Shown here: in pieces, positions 40,462 to 49,794 of the stretch
How the letters are laid out: every line of letters starts with the position of its first letter
How positions within the stretch are numbered: position 1 is the first letter of the stretch
Source: Bacteroidota bacterium
Lineage (GTDB): Bacteria > Bacteroidota > Bacteroidia > Chitinophagales > Chitinophagaceae
Assembly: GCA_013289065.1 (NCBI GenBank)
Contig: JABDAP010000001.1
Location: 4,369-68,368 of the forward strand
Direction of reading: 5' to 3'
Length of the DNA: 64,000 nucleotides
Translations under genes and position numbers: made by a program
The notes under the pieces: model-generated
The model's database searches: none
The model's input: only the letters and a program-made list of their open reading frames with translations
Told to the model about the DNA's origin: nothing

Positions 40462-42117
40462 ATGCACTTACTCAGAAAATTATTGTTTGCCGCACCGGTT
40501 GTATGTATTGTTTCATGCAGCCAGAATAATTCAACCATCGACCGGGAAGACGGGCTCGCTGCTTTCAGCGCAGACAGTTTAAAAGCGCATGTAGCCATGC
40601 TTGCTTCCGATTCTTTTATGGGCCGTAAACCTTTTACAGCAGGAGAAACAAAGACCATCGATTATCTGCAAAAACAATTTGCCGCCGCAGGGCTTGAGCC
40701 CGGAAACGGCAACAGTTATTTGCAGGAAGTTCCGATGGTAAATATTTTAACCACTGCTGCACCTTCTATGCAGGTAACATCGCCTAAGGGAAATTTTACT
40801 TTGAAAGCGTTTGATGATTATATTATCTGGACAGATAAAACCGATCCTGACATTACTTTGAAAGATGCCGATCTTGTATTTGCAGGATATGGCGTGGTTG
40901 CGCCGGAATATAACTGGAACGACTATGCAGGCATTGACGTAAAAGGAAAAGTGGTGATGGTAATGGTGAATGACCCGGGCTTCTGGGCAGGCGATTCAAC
41001 TTTGTTCAAAGGAAAAACAATGACCTACTATGGCCGCTGGACCTATAAGTTTGAGGAAGCCGCCAGACAGGGTGCAAAAGGATGTTTGATCATACATAAT
41101 ACTGCAGCAGCAAGTTACCCGTTTGCAATACCGCAGAATAATTTCAATACATCAAGGCTTCAATTGGATAACAGGGGAAAGGATATTAAAAACTGTGATG
41201 TGGTTGGATGGCTACCCGAGCCTATCGCGAAAAAATTATTGCTTGCTGCCGATCTCGATACCAATCTTATCGCGAAAGCAAATATTCGCGGCGCGAAAGC
41301 GGTGGATATGAATTTGAAATTATCTACTACCATGAAAGTACAGGCCACTTATAATAAATCATATAATGTTATCGGAAAGATCACCGGCACGAAACACCCG
41401 GATGAAGTGATCGTCTATACTTCGCACTGGGATCATTTAGGGATCGGCAAACCGGATGCAAGAGGCGATTCCATTTATAATGGCGCATACGATAATGCCA
41501 GTGGTACAGCGGGTTTGCTTGAACTTGCCCGCGCATTCAAAAGCATGAAAACAAAACCGGAGAGGACGATCATTATCTTATCTGTAACGGCTGAAGAACA
41601 GGGGCTGCAGGGCTCGGCATATTATGCACAAAACCCCATTTATCCAGCCGCAAAAACTTTGGCGAATATGAATGTGGATGAACTCAACCGTTTTGATAAA
41701 ACAAAAGATATTGTAGTGGTTGGCGAGGGGCAATCGGAACTTGAAGACATTCTTAAAGAAGAAGCGGAAAAAATGGGCCGGTATATTTCTTATGAAACAC
41801 ATCCGGAAGCCGGCCATTATTACCGTTCCGATCATTTCAATTTTGCAAAAGCGGGTATTCCTGCATTATACATTAATAATGGTATTGATGTGGAAGGAAA
41901 AGGAAAAGCATATGGACAGAAAATAGATGATGATTACAATACAAATGATTACCATCGCCCGTCAGATTCGTTTGATGCAAAAACATGGAGCATGGCCGGC
42001 GGTATTGATGACCTGAAACTATTGTTCCAGGTTGGAAAACGTTTGGCAGCTGCAGGTAAATTTCCTGAATGGAAAGCGGGCTCGGAATTTAAAGCGGCAA
42101 GAGACGCTCAGAAATAA
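40462..42117 (+). CDS. M28 family metallopeptidase lipoprotein with PA domain
   Basis: Lipobox IVSC, SHWDHLG, NGAYDNASG, AEEQGL, YRSDHF, YHRPSD. Confidence 0.95.
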   Translation: MHLLRKLLFAAPVVCIVSCSQNNSTIDREDGLAAFSADSLKAHVAMLASDSFMGRKPFTAGETKTIDYLQKQFAAAGLEPGNGNSYLQEVPMVNILTTAAPSMQVTSPKGNFTLKAFDDYIIWTDKTDPDITLKDADLVFAGYGVVAPEYNWNDYAGIDVKGKVVMVMVNDPGFWAGDSTLFKGKTMTYYGRWTYKFEEAARQGAKGCLIIHNTAAASYPFAIPQNNFNTSRLQLDNRGKDIKNCDVVGWLPEPIAKKLLLAADLDTNLIAKANIRGAKAVDMNLKLSTTMKVQATYNKSYNVIGKITGTKHPDEVIVYTSHWDHLGIGKPDARGDSIYNGAYDNASGTAGLLELARAFKSMKTKPERTIIILSVTAEEQGLQGSAYYAQNPIYPAAKTLANMNVDELNRFDKTKDIVVVGEGQSELEDILKEEAEKMGRYISYETHPEAGHYYRSDHFNFAKAGIPALYINNGIDVEGKGKAYGQKIDDDYNTNDYHRPSDSFDAKTWSMAGGIDDLKLLFQVGKRLAAAGKFPEWKAGSEFKAARDAQK

Positions 42118-42151
42118 GACATCGTTTTTAGCAGTGGGTGAACGTTTGTTT

Positions 42152-42236
42152 ATTTTGGAATTTTGAGATTGGGAAATTTTGGAATTGAAAACCAAAAAAC
42201 CAATTCCAAAATTTCCCAATCTCAAAATTCCAAAAT
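42152..42236. repeat. 36-bp perfect inverted repeat built of ~8-bp units
   Basis: ATTTTGGAATTTTGAGATTGGGAAATTTTGGAATTG, 13-nt loop, exact reverse complement. Confidence 0.9.
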
Positions 42237-42328
42237 TGACACCTGCTGTTGAGCTACAACGTTTTCGCAAAAAAGCGTCAATTAAAAATAACAGAAGGTT
42301 AATTTGTAACAACGAAAAAATAATTGCC

Positions 42329-43465
42329 ATGAAAGAATTCTTTTCCAATCGTAGAAAGTTTATCAGGAACACCGCTACCACTGCAACAGGTATGATGTTG
42401 CTGTCATCTTTACCTAAAAGAGCCATTGCCGGTTTTACTCCAGAACCGAAGATCCGTTTCTCCGTCATCAACATTAACCACGGCCATATCAGCGGCATGG
42501 TGAATGCGGTAGCGAGAGGCGGCGGCCAGCTCGTTTCTGTGTATGCCAAAGAACCTGACCTGCTGGCTGCATTTACCAAACAATTCCCGCAGGTAAAAGT
42601 AGCTGCAAGCGAAAAAGAAATTTTAGAAGATAGTACGATACAGCTCATCATGAGTTCCGGTATTCCGGATGAGCGCGCACCGCTTGGTATCCGCGTGATG
42701 CAGCATGGAAAAGATTATCTCGTTGATAAACCAGGTATCATCACACTCGAACAACTTGCAGAAGTCCGTAAAGTGCAGAAAGAAACCAAACGCATTTATT
42801 CCATCATGTACAGTGAACGTTTTGAAAACAAAGCCACTGTTAAAGCAGGTGAACTGGTAAAAGCAGGCGCCATCGGCAAAGTGATACAGACCGTGATACT
42901 TGCACCACACAGGATCTCGCCAAAAACGAGGCCTGACTGGTTCTGGGATAAAAAAAGATTTGGCGGCATTATCTGCGACATCGGCTCACACCAGTTCGAT
43001 CAGTTTTTATATTTCACAGGATCCACACATGCAGATGTAATTGCATCGCAGATCGGAAATGTGAATCATCCCGACTATCCAAAGTTTGAAGATTTCGGCG
43101 ATGTGATGCTGCGCGGAAATAACGGCAGCGGTTATATCCGTATCGACTGGTTCACACCCGATGGATTGAATACCTGGGGCGATGGGCGCTTAACCATACT
43201 GGGAACCGATGGTTATATTGAAGTACGCAAGAACACTGATATCGCAACCGATCATAAAGGCGGCAATCATTTGTACATCGTTAATCAGAAAGAAACAAAA
43301 TATATCGACTGTAACCAGGAGCCGTTACCATTTGGCGCAGCATTGGTGGATGATATATTGAACCGCACTGAAACGGCCATGCCGCAGGAACATTGTTTCC
43401 TCGCAACAGAGCTCGCATTAAAAGCGCAGAAGAATGCACAATGGATCACCAATATTCCTAAATAA
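42329..43465 (+). CDS. Gfo/Idh/MocA oxidoreductase with Tat signal
   Basis: NRRKFIR Tat motif, HGHI, VDKPG, GGIICDIGSHQ. Confidence 0.92.
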   Translation: MKEFFSNRRKFIRNTATTATGMMLLSSLPKRAIAGFTPEPKIRFSVININHGHISGMVNAVARGGGQLVSVYAKEPDLLAAFTKQFPQVKVAASEKEILEDSTIQLIMSSGIPDERAPLGIRVMQHGKDYLVDKPGIITLEQLAEVRKVQKETKRIYSIMYSERFENKATVKAGELVKAGAIGKVIQTVILAPHRISPKTRPDWFWDKKRFGGIICDIGSHQFDQFLYFTGSTHADVIASQIGNVNHPDYPKFEDFGDVMLRGNNGSGYIRIDWFTPDGLNTWGDGRLTILGTDGYIEVRKNTDIATDHKGGNHLYIVNQKETKYIDCNQEPLPFGAALVDDILNRTETAMPQEHCFLATELALKAQKNAQWITNIPK

Positions 43466-43468
43466 ATA

Positions 43469-44569
43469 ATGGCTGTTACGATTGTTCTCACCATATTGAT
43501 CCTGTTAGTGATTGCCGTATATCTTTTTATGCGGCAATCTTCATTTGGCAAACTGCCATCGGGAGTGCGGCTGGAAAAAATAAAAAGATCGCCGCATTAC
43601 AAAGAAAAAAGTTTTCAGAACTTAAGCCTCACACCCAATCTCGCAGAAGGCGTGAGCTATACTAAAGTGATGCGGGAATTTTTCTTCAATAAGAACAAAC
43701 GCCAAAAACCTGCACAAACATTGCCCGGCAAAAAAACGGATCTCCTTTCCCTTCCTGCCGATAAAAATATTCTTGTATGGTTTGGCCACTCCTCTTATTT
43801 TATACAGGTGGATGGAAAAAAAATATTGGTTGACCCTGTTTTCAGCGGCAACGCATCGCCGATAAGATCTACTACCAAAAGCTTTCCCGGTTCTGACAGG
43901 TATACGCCGGAAGATATGCCGGAGATCGATTATCTGTTTATTTCGCATGATCACTGGGATCATTTGGATTATCCAACCATGATCGCATTGCGGCCAAAAA
44001 TTAAAAAAATAATTACCGGTTTAGGAACGGCCGCACATCTGGAACGTTGGCAATACAATACCGACATCATCATTGAAAAAGACTGGAACGAAAAAGCCGA
44101 ACTGGATCAAGGGTTTACTGTTCATATATTACCGGCAAGACACTTTTCAGGCCGTGGTTTTACACGAAATAAAACATTGTGGGTATCATTTGCTTTGATC
44201 ACGCCAACGATGAAACTATATCTGGGCGGCGATTCCGGCTATGATACGCATTTTGCAGAGATCGGAAAAACATTCGGCCCGTTTAACCTGGCGATACTTG
44301 AATGCGGCCAGTACAATCCTTACTGGAAATACATTCACATGATGCCTGAAGAAGTGGTGCAGGCCGCGATCGACCTGAAGGCAAAAAAATTACTGCCCGT
44401 GCATTGGGCAAAATTTTCACTCTCATTGCATTCATGGGATGAACCGATCTTAAGAGTAACAAAAGAAAGCGAATTAAAACACATGCCCATCATTCACCCG
44501 ATGATCGGGGAAGAAGTAGATCTGAATGCTGATACCGTTTTTACAAACTGGTGGGAAACGATCGAATAA
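43469..44569 (+). CDS. MBL-fold metallo-hydrolase (RomA/NAPE-PLD-like)
   Basis: WFGHSS, ISHDHWDHLD, PARHFSGR, GGDSGY, HMMPEE, PVHW. Confidence 0.93.
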   Translation: MAVTIVLTILILLVIAVYLFMRQSSFGKLPSGVRLEKIKRSPHYKEKSFQNLSLTPNLAEGVSYTKVMREFFFNKNKRQKPAQTLPGKKTDLLSLPADKNILVWFGHSSYFIQVDGKKILVDPVFSGNASPIRSTTKSFPGSDRYTPEDMPEIDYLFISHDHWDHLDYPTMIALRPKIKKIITGLGTAAHLERWQYNTDIIIEKDWNEKAELDQGFTVHILPARHFSGRGFTRNKTLWVSFALITPTMKLYLGGDSGYDTHFAEIGKTFGPFNLAILECGQYNPYWKYIHMMPEEVVQAAIDLKAKKLLPVHWAKFSLSLHSWDEPILRVTKESELKHMPIIHPMIGEEVDLNADTVFTNWWETIE

Positions 44570-44573
44570 AAAT

Positions 44574-44642
44574 CTCAGCCACTCTCTGTGTTCTCTGTGT
44601 GTATTCCTTTGTGCACAAAGTTTTACACAGAGGCCCGCAAAG
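44574..44642. repeat. Degenerate REP-like element (CTCTGTG family)
   Basis: ctctctgtgttctctgtgtgtattcctttgtg...cacagaggcccgcaaag, similar to the 13809 element. Confidence 0.6.
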
Positions 44643-44718
44643 TATTTCAATAGCACAACACATATACCGTCAACAATCCGGCATACTTTATTTATATTTA
44701 GTTACCTAAAAACTGTTT

Positions 44719-45735
44719 ATGCAAAAAATACTTTTTGTAGTTGGCCTATGTTTCATCATTATGCAACCAGCCAGATCGCAACAGGCTGTAACTGCTGCCA
44801 ACCAGTTTATCCATACACTTACTGACGACCAGAAAACAGAAACGCTTTTTCCATTCGATATCGACGAGCGTTATAATTTTCATTTCATACCAAGGGAAAG
44901 AAAAGGCATCACATTCAATGAAATGAATGAAGCGCAGAAAAAAACAGCGATCGCTTTAATGAAAACCTGTTTGAGTGAACAGGCTTTTCAAAAAACACAG
45001 GATATCATGTCGCTCGATATCGTTTTAAAAGAACTGGAAAAAAGAAAACCCGACGATCATTTCCGCGATCCGGGCAATTATCATATCAGTATTTTTGGCA
45101 TCCCGTCTGCTACTACCATCTGGGGCTGGCGTTTTGAAGGGCATCATATCTCATTTAATTTTTCCATCGATAAACAAAAACTGGTATCGGGCACACCCGG
45201 CTTCCTGGGAAGCAACCCCGCCATCGTATTGGACGGCCCGCAAAAAGGAAAACAGGTATTGAAAGATGAAACCGATATGGGTTTTGCTTTATTGCATTCA
45301 CTCGATAAAAGACAAATACAGAAAGCAATCTATGATACGGGTGCACCAAAAGATATTATCACTTTCAACAACCGCAGTGCCGTGATGGAAAATAAAGACG
45401 GCATCCGTTACAATGAATTAACGCCTGCACAACAACAACTGATGCTGCAGCTGATCAATTTATATATTCACCGCTTCACCAAACTATTTGCTGACAACAT
45501 GCTGAAAGAGATACAACAGGCAGGCATGGAAAACCTGCGTTTCGCCTGGCTCGGCCATACCGAACCCGGTGTGGGCAATCCGCATTATTACCGTTTGCAG
45601 GGCCCAACATTTATTATTGAATATGATAACACGCAGAACAATGCCAATCATGTACATTCAGTGATACGCGACCTCAAACATGATTTTGGCGGGGATGAAT
45701 TACTCGAGCATTATAAAACATCGCATACAAATTAA
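44719..45735 (+). CDS. DUF3500 secreted protein
   Basis: WGWRFEGHH, PGFLGSNP, HYYRLQGP.FIIEYDN, NHVHSVIRD...DFG. Confidence 0.92.
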   Translation: MQKILFVVGLCFIIMQPARSQQAVTAANQFIHTLTDDQKTETLFPFDIDERYNFHFIPRERKGITFNEMNEAQKKTAIALMKTCLSEQAFQKTQDIMSLDIVLKELEKRKPDDHFRDPGNYHISIFGIPSATTIWGWRFEGHHISFNFSIDKQKLVSGTPGFLGSNPAIVLDGPQKGKQVLKDETDMGFALLHSLDKRQIQKAIYDTGAPKDIITFNNRSAVMENKDGIRYNELTPAQQQLMLQLINLYIHRFTKLFADNMLKEIQQAGMENLRFAWLGHTEPGVGNPHYYRLQGPTFIIEYDNTQNNANHVHSVIRDLKHDFGGDELLEHYKTSHTN

Positions 45736-45862
45736 GCTTTGAGCCATCAGCCATCAGCTTTCAGGAAATATTTTATGTCGTATTTGATTGCTGATACTGA
45801 TGCAGACAGTTCATTGCTTATAGCTCATGGCTGACGGCTGTAAGCTGACAGCTGATAGTTGA
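45736..45862. repeat. AGCYWTC heptamer repeats in inverted arrangement
   Basis: gctttgagccatcagccatcagctttc...gcttatagctcatggctgacggctgtaagctgacagctgatag. Confidence 0.75.
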
Positions 45863-45902
45863 TAAAAAATGCTTATTTTGGTTTAGTTTAAAAACCCGTA
45901 TC

Positions 45903-46496
45903 ATGTTTCGAAGAAGTTTCCTGGTTTGTTTTGCATTAGGAGTGCTTTTATCCCGATCAAATGGCCAGGCGCTTACTATGGATAGTTATGCCAACCAGCT
46001 TCTCTTTAATATTTTCAAAGATAGTCCTGATACGGCTATCCGGCCCTTTTTAAGATCATACACACCTTCCCTGCTCGATAAAAAAACAGGAGATGCGGTT
46101 ATTTCCGCAGGTGAAAAAAAAGAGAGAAATAATTTTGAGATCCATTCTTTTGTTTTTACGAGGCATCCTTATTTTACACCGATTTTTGCAAGCGGGAAAA
46201 TGGAATTCTTTTGCGAACACTTCAGCGATGCCAAAGGTGTGCAGGTATACGATGTAAGGCTATGGTTTGATTTTGATACACAGGAAGACGCCGAACTGGC
46301 TTTTTCAAAACTGGTTGAAATGTTTATGCCTATCGCCACCAAACAACGTTTCAGCAGCCCTAATGGTTCACGAAAAGCGGAATTCTCCGACACAAAAAGC
46401 CCGAAAGGTTTTAATAAGATACAATTCCGCCTGACTGCGGATAATCTCGACCATCACAAGTTTAAAATACTTTTCGAAACATTGAACGATCTCTGA
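45903..46496 (+). CDS. Secreted hypothetical protein
   Basis: 197 aa, signal peptide ending SNGQ. Confidence 0.75.
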   Translation: MFRRSFLVCFALGVLLSRSNGQALTMDSYANQLLFNIFKDSPDTAIRPFLRSYTPSLLDKKTGDAVISAGEKKERNNFEIHSFVFTRHPYFTPIFASGKMEFFCEHFSDAKGVQVYDVRLWFDFDTQEDAELAFSKLVEMFMPIATKQRFSSPNGSRKAEFSDTKSPKGFNKIQFRLTADNLDHHKFKILFETLNDL

Positions 46497-46498
46497 TC

Positions 46499-47176
46499 TT
46501 ACGCCATTTTTTCCCTGGCCCATTCAAGTGCGATAGAAAGTTGTTCTTCTTTTGTCATATTAGAGTTATCAAGTTCTACTGCATCTTTTGCTTTGCGCAA
46601 TGGGCTGAATTCGCGGTTGCTGTCGATATAGTCGCGCATCTCAAGATTATCCTGCACTTCTTTGATCGTGATGTTTGGATTTTTCTGAAAAAGTTCTTTA
46701 AACCTTCGCTCAACACGCACTGCAGGATCAGCGGTTACAAATATCTTGAGTTCTGCTTCCGGAAAAACTGTGGTGCCGATATCCCTCCCATCCATTACGA
46801 TCCCTTTCATCTTTCCCATCTGCTGCTGCTGGGCAACGCCAAATTCACGCACTTCTTTTAATGCCGATATTTCACTAACACGTTCACTCACCAGCATATC
46901 GCGGATCAATGCCTCCACATTTTCATCATTTAAAAACATATCGCTCTGGCCTGTTGCCTCATTATATTGAAAATCCAGCGAGATCTCGCCGAGCGCTTTA
47001 TGAATTTTTTTTGCGTCACTCCAGTCAACATGCTGCCGCAGAAAATACAAAGTAATTGCGCGATACATGGCACCACTGTCGATAAACACATAATTCAGTT
47101 CATTGGCCAGTTGTCTTGCCAGCGTACTTTTTCCGCAGGATGAATAGCCGTCGAGGGTGATGATTATTTTTTTCAT
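46499..47176 (-). CDS. cmk: Cytidylate kinase
   Basis: DGYSSCGKST, IDSGAMYRA, MDGRDIGTTVFP, RD..DSNR..SPL. Confidence 0.97.
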   Translation of the reverse strand: MKKIIITLDGYSSCGKSTLARQLANELNYVFIDSGAMYRAITLYFLRQHVDWSDAKKIHKALGEISLDFQYNEATGQSDMFLNDENVEALIRDMLVSERVSEISALKEVREFGVAQQQQMGKMKGIVMDGRDIGTTVFPEAELKIFVTADPAVRVERRFKELFQKNPNITIKEVQDNLEMRDYIDSNREFSPLRKAKDAVELDNSNMTKEEQLSIALEWAREKMA

Positions 47177-47206
47177 TCGTATTCGCGTTCAGCTGCGAAG
47201 TTATGC

Positions 47207-47237
47207 AAAATAAAAAGCCGGTGCTCAAACACCGGCT
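47207..47237 (-). terminator. Rho-independent terminator after the fasciclin gene
   Basis: AGCCGGTG/CACCGGCT stem followed by a T-tract on the minus strand. Confidence 0.7.
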
Positions 47238-47257
47238 CAACACTGCTGTATAAAAAA

Positions 47258-47800
47258 CTAAGAAGGTAATAACACCGTATCTACCACATGTATCACACCA
47301 TTGCTCTGGTAAACATCTTTGATGCTTACTGTTGACATACCGCCTTTCTCATCGGTCAATACCAGTTTACCGCCTTTCATGCTTGCTTTTAAAATACCGC
47401 CTGAAACCGTTTTGATAACAGCTGTACCGTTACCATCCTTGATCATTTTGGCAATTGCTTTCGAATCCCATTTGCCGGCAACCACATGATAAGTAAGGAT
47501 CTTGGTAAGCGTTGCTTTGTTCTCCGGTTTTACCAATGATTCAACGGTTCCTTTGGGTAGTTTACCAAACGCTTCATTGGTTGGTGCAAATACAGTGAAT
47601 GGCCCGGCGCTTTGCAAAGTTTCTACGAGGCCCGCAGCTTTTACAGCAGCCACCAATGTTGTATGGTCATTGGAATTTACTGCATTCTCAATAATGTTCT
47701 TCATAGGATACATAGGCGCACCGCCTACTTCCACTGTTTTTTGTGCCATAGATGCATTGATAACAAATGCAGACATCAGCATTAACGCGATCTTTTTCAT
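47258..47800 (-). CDS. Fasciclin (FAS1) domain protein
   Basis: TTLVAAVKAAGLV, GPFTVFAPTNEAF, ILTYHVV, SNGVIHVVDTVL. Confidence 0.95.
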   Translation of the reverse strand: MKKIALMLMSAFVINASMAQKTVEVGGAPMYPMKNIIENAVNSNDHTTLVAAVKAAGLVETLQSAGPFTVFAPTNEAFGKLPKGTVESLVKPENKATLTKILTYHVVAGKWDSKAIAKMIKDGNGTAVIKTVSGGILKASMKGGKLVLTDEKGGMSTVSIKDVYQSNGVIHVVDTVLLPS

Positions 47801-47934
47801 AATTCTCTGTTGTAATAAGTTTTGTAAAATTTGTTTACAGGAATACTTACGGAGATAGAAAAGGATCGGATTTATATAAGCGAAATTTTTTCTGAAAAAA
47901 AATTATTCATAAAAACTATACTTTTAAAAATACT

Positions 47935-48033
47935 CAGCGAAACCTCTGCGCAAAACTTTGCGTGCTCTGCGGTTATAATAGAGGCTATTAACCGCAGAGT
48001 ACGCAAAGGAATACACGCGAAGAACACTCAGAG
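47935..48033. repeat. Palindromic REP/MITE-like element, inverted homologue of 13809-13920
   Basis: Shares CTC.GCGAAACCTC and CTTTGCGT.CTCTG.GGTT.TAAT.GA.GCTATTAACC.CAGAGTACGCAAAGGAAT. Confidence 0.8.
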
Positions 48034-48070
48034 AAATGCATTTAACTTATTGGAATAATGGCTAACGCAT

Positions 48071-48970
48071 TTAAAGCCCTGCAAACAGATCGGGAAAATC
48101 AGAGATCACTCCATTAACGCCCATCTTTTTTAATTCTTTTATTTTTGCAAGGTCATCAACCGTCCACGGAATAAGGCTGATACCCACATCCCTGCACTGT
48201 TTCACGAGAAGCGGCGTAACCAGGGAATAATCGGGGCTGTAGATGGTAGGAATAAAACCAAGATCTTTTAACTGAAGTGCAAATGTTTTTTTATCAAACG
48301 CTTCGACCAGTAAAGCGGTTTTAAATTCGGGATAATGTTCGTGGAGATATTGTAATGTGCGGATATCAAAAGACTGGATGATAACACGGCTCACAATTTT
48401 CTTTTCCTTTACAACGGCAACCAGCAATTCAACAAACTCAGCAGGTTTTGGATGGTATTGGTCATCGGTTGCGGGCTGGCTTTTGGTTTCAATATTATAT
48501 TGCGGTAAAGGTTTGTGATTGGCGATACAATATTGTTCCACTGCATCGATCATATCAGACAGCAGGGGTTTAACCGCCGCCATCTTTTGCTGTTTGGGAA
48601 AACGCGGATGCGGGCGAAGGCCTACATCAAACTTTTTTACCTCATCATAATCCATATGGTAAATGTTGAGGCCCTTCTCTTCTTTTTCCGTTATCAATGA
48701 GCCATCAGGTTTGGTAGCGATCTCATGGTTGAAAAAAGGTTCATGGCTCAGCATTACTTTTTTGTCTTTGGTGATCACCGCATCCGTTTCAAGTGTGTTC
48801 ACACCCAGGTCGATGGCTTTTAGCATGGCGGGTATCGTGTTCTCAGGCATTAATCCCCTGCAGCCACGATGGCCCTCTTTATCAAAATTCTTTACTTCCA
48901 ATTTGGTTTGTTTGGCGCTGAAACAGCCTGCTGCTGCAATGAACAGGGAAACGGCGATTATTTTTTTCAT
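48071..48970 (-). CDS. Glycerophosphodiester phosphodiesterase
   Basis: GHRGCRGLMPENT, LETD, NIETK, IQSFD, PWTVD, GVISDFP. Confidence 0.95.
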   Translation of the reverse strand: MKKIIAVSLFIAAAGCFSAKQTKLEVKNFDKEGHRGCRGLMPENTIPAMLKAIDLGVNTLETDAVITKDKKVMLSHEPFFNHEIATKPDGSLITEKEEKGLNIYHMDYDEVKKFDVGLRPHPRFPKQQKMAAVKPLLSDMIDAVEQYCIANHKPLPQYNIETKSQPATDDQYHPKPAEFVELLVAVVKEKKIVSRVIIQSFDIRTLQYLHEHYPEFKTALLVEAFDKKTFALQLKDLGFIPTIYSPDYSLVTPLLVKQCRDVGISLIPWTVDDLAKIKELKKMGVNGVISDFPDLFAGL

Positions 48971-49599
48971 GCGGGGAAAAATTGATCTTTTCGTTTCTGC
49001 ATTTCTTTTGCGATAGCCTGTGCATCTGCATTACTGTTCTGCAATTTTTCAATGATGTTCTCAAAACTTTTCTGCTCGCGGTTCTGGCTCAGTTTAAAAA
49101 CATGTTCGATAGAAGTAATTTTTACTTCAATGCCGATGATCGCTTTCTTTAAGCGTGAAATATATTCTTCCGGCAAATTTTTATATAAGGAAGGTGAGGC
49201 TGGGTCGTTTTCAAAATGCGTAGTAAGGTCGTCGAGCAAGTGCAGCAAGCCTTCTTCAGGCATAAAAGAAATGTCTCCTTTGGCCTGAACCGTCATATAG
49301 TTCCAGGTTCCGCCCTGTAATTTATTTTCATACCAGCTCGCACTTACAAAAGTACTCGGGCCGGTAAACAGCGCCATTACATTAGGGTTGGATTCAAAAG
49401 CTTTGTGGTGATCGTTGCCTTTCATGATATGGCCGCGCAGGTATAAGTGGCCATCTTTTTCAGCAAATAAGACCGGGATCTGTGTGGCAACAGGTTTTTG
49501 TTCAGCATCAACGCCCATCAATGTGGTGAATGGATGTTCTTTCATATACTCAACGATAACGGCGTGGTCTTTTTCTTTGTAATGTGGTAAATTATACAT
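48967..49599 (-). CDS. FMN-binding negative transcriptional regulator family (PaiB-like)
   Basis: MYNLPHY, VSASWY, TWNY..V, KLSQNR. Confidence 0.9.
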   Translation of the reverse strand: MYNLPHYKEKDHAVIVEYMKEHPFTTLMGVDAEQKPVATQIPVLFAEKDGHLYLRGHIMKGNDHHKAFESNPNVMALFTGPSTFVSASWYENKLQGGTWNYMTVQAKGDISFMPEEGLLHLLDDLTTHFENDPASPSLYKNLPEEYISRLKKAIIGIEVKITSIEHVFKLSQNREQKSFENIIEKLQNSNADAQAIAKEMQKRKDQFFPA

Positions 49600-49686
49600 G
49601 TACCGAAGGTAATAAAAGAAAAAGTTTTCTTTTATTGCAATATGACCAATGGCTGTGGATTGATATTAAGTGTTCGAAGAAAAAAT

Positions 49687-49730
49687 TAAGCCGCAGATTC
49701 GCAGATTGTAATCTGCGAATCTGCGGCTTA
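49687..49730. repeat. Palindromic REP-like element (GCAGATTC family)
   Basis: 21-bp perfect arms, 2-nt loop. Confidence 0.88.
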
Positions 49731-49794
49731 TAAAATTTTAATGGAAAATTTGCCCCAGTATCATACTGATACATTTATTTGCTGAAGAATTTCC

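Noticed and set aside
42179-42328. N-terminal extension of the Gfo/Idh/MocA ORF (PIPKFPNLKIPKL)
   Set aside because: It is a translation of the octamer inverted repeat; the Tat signal places the start at 42329.
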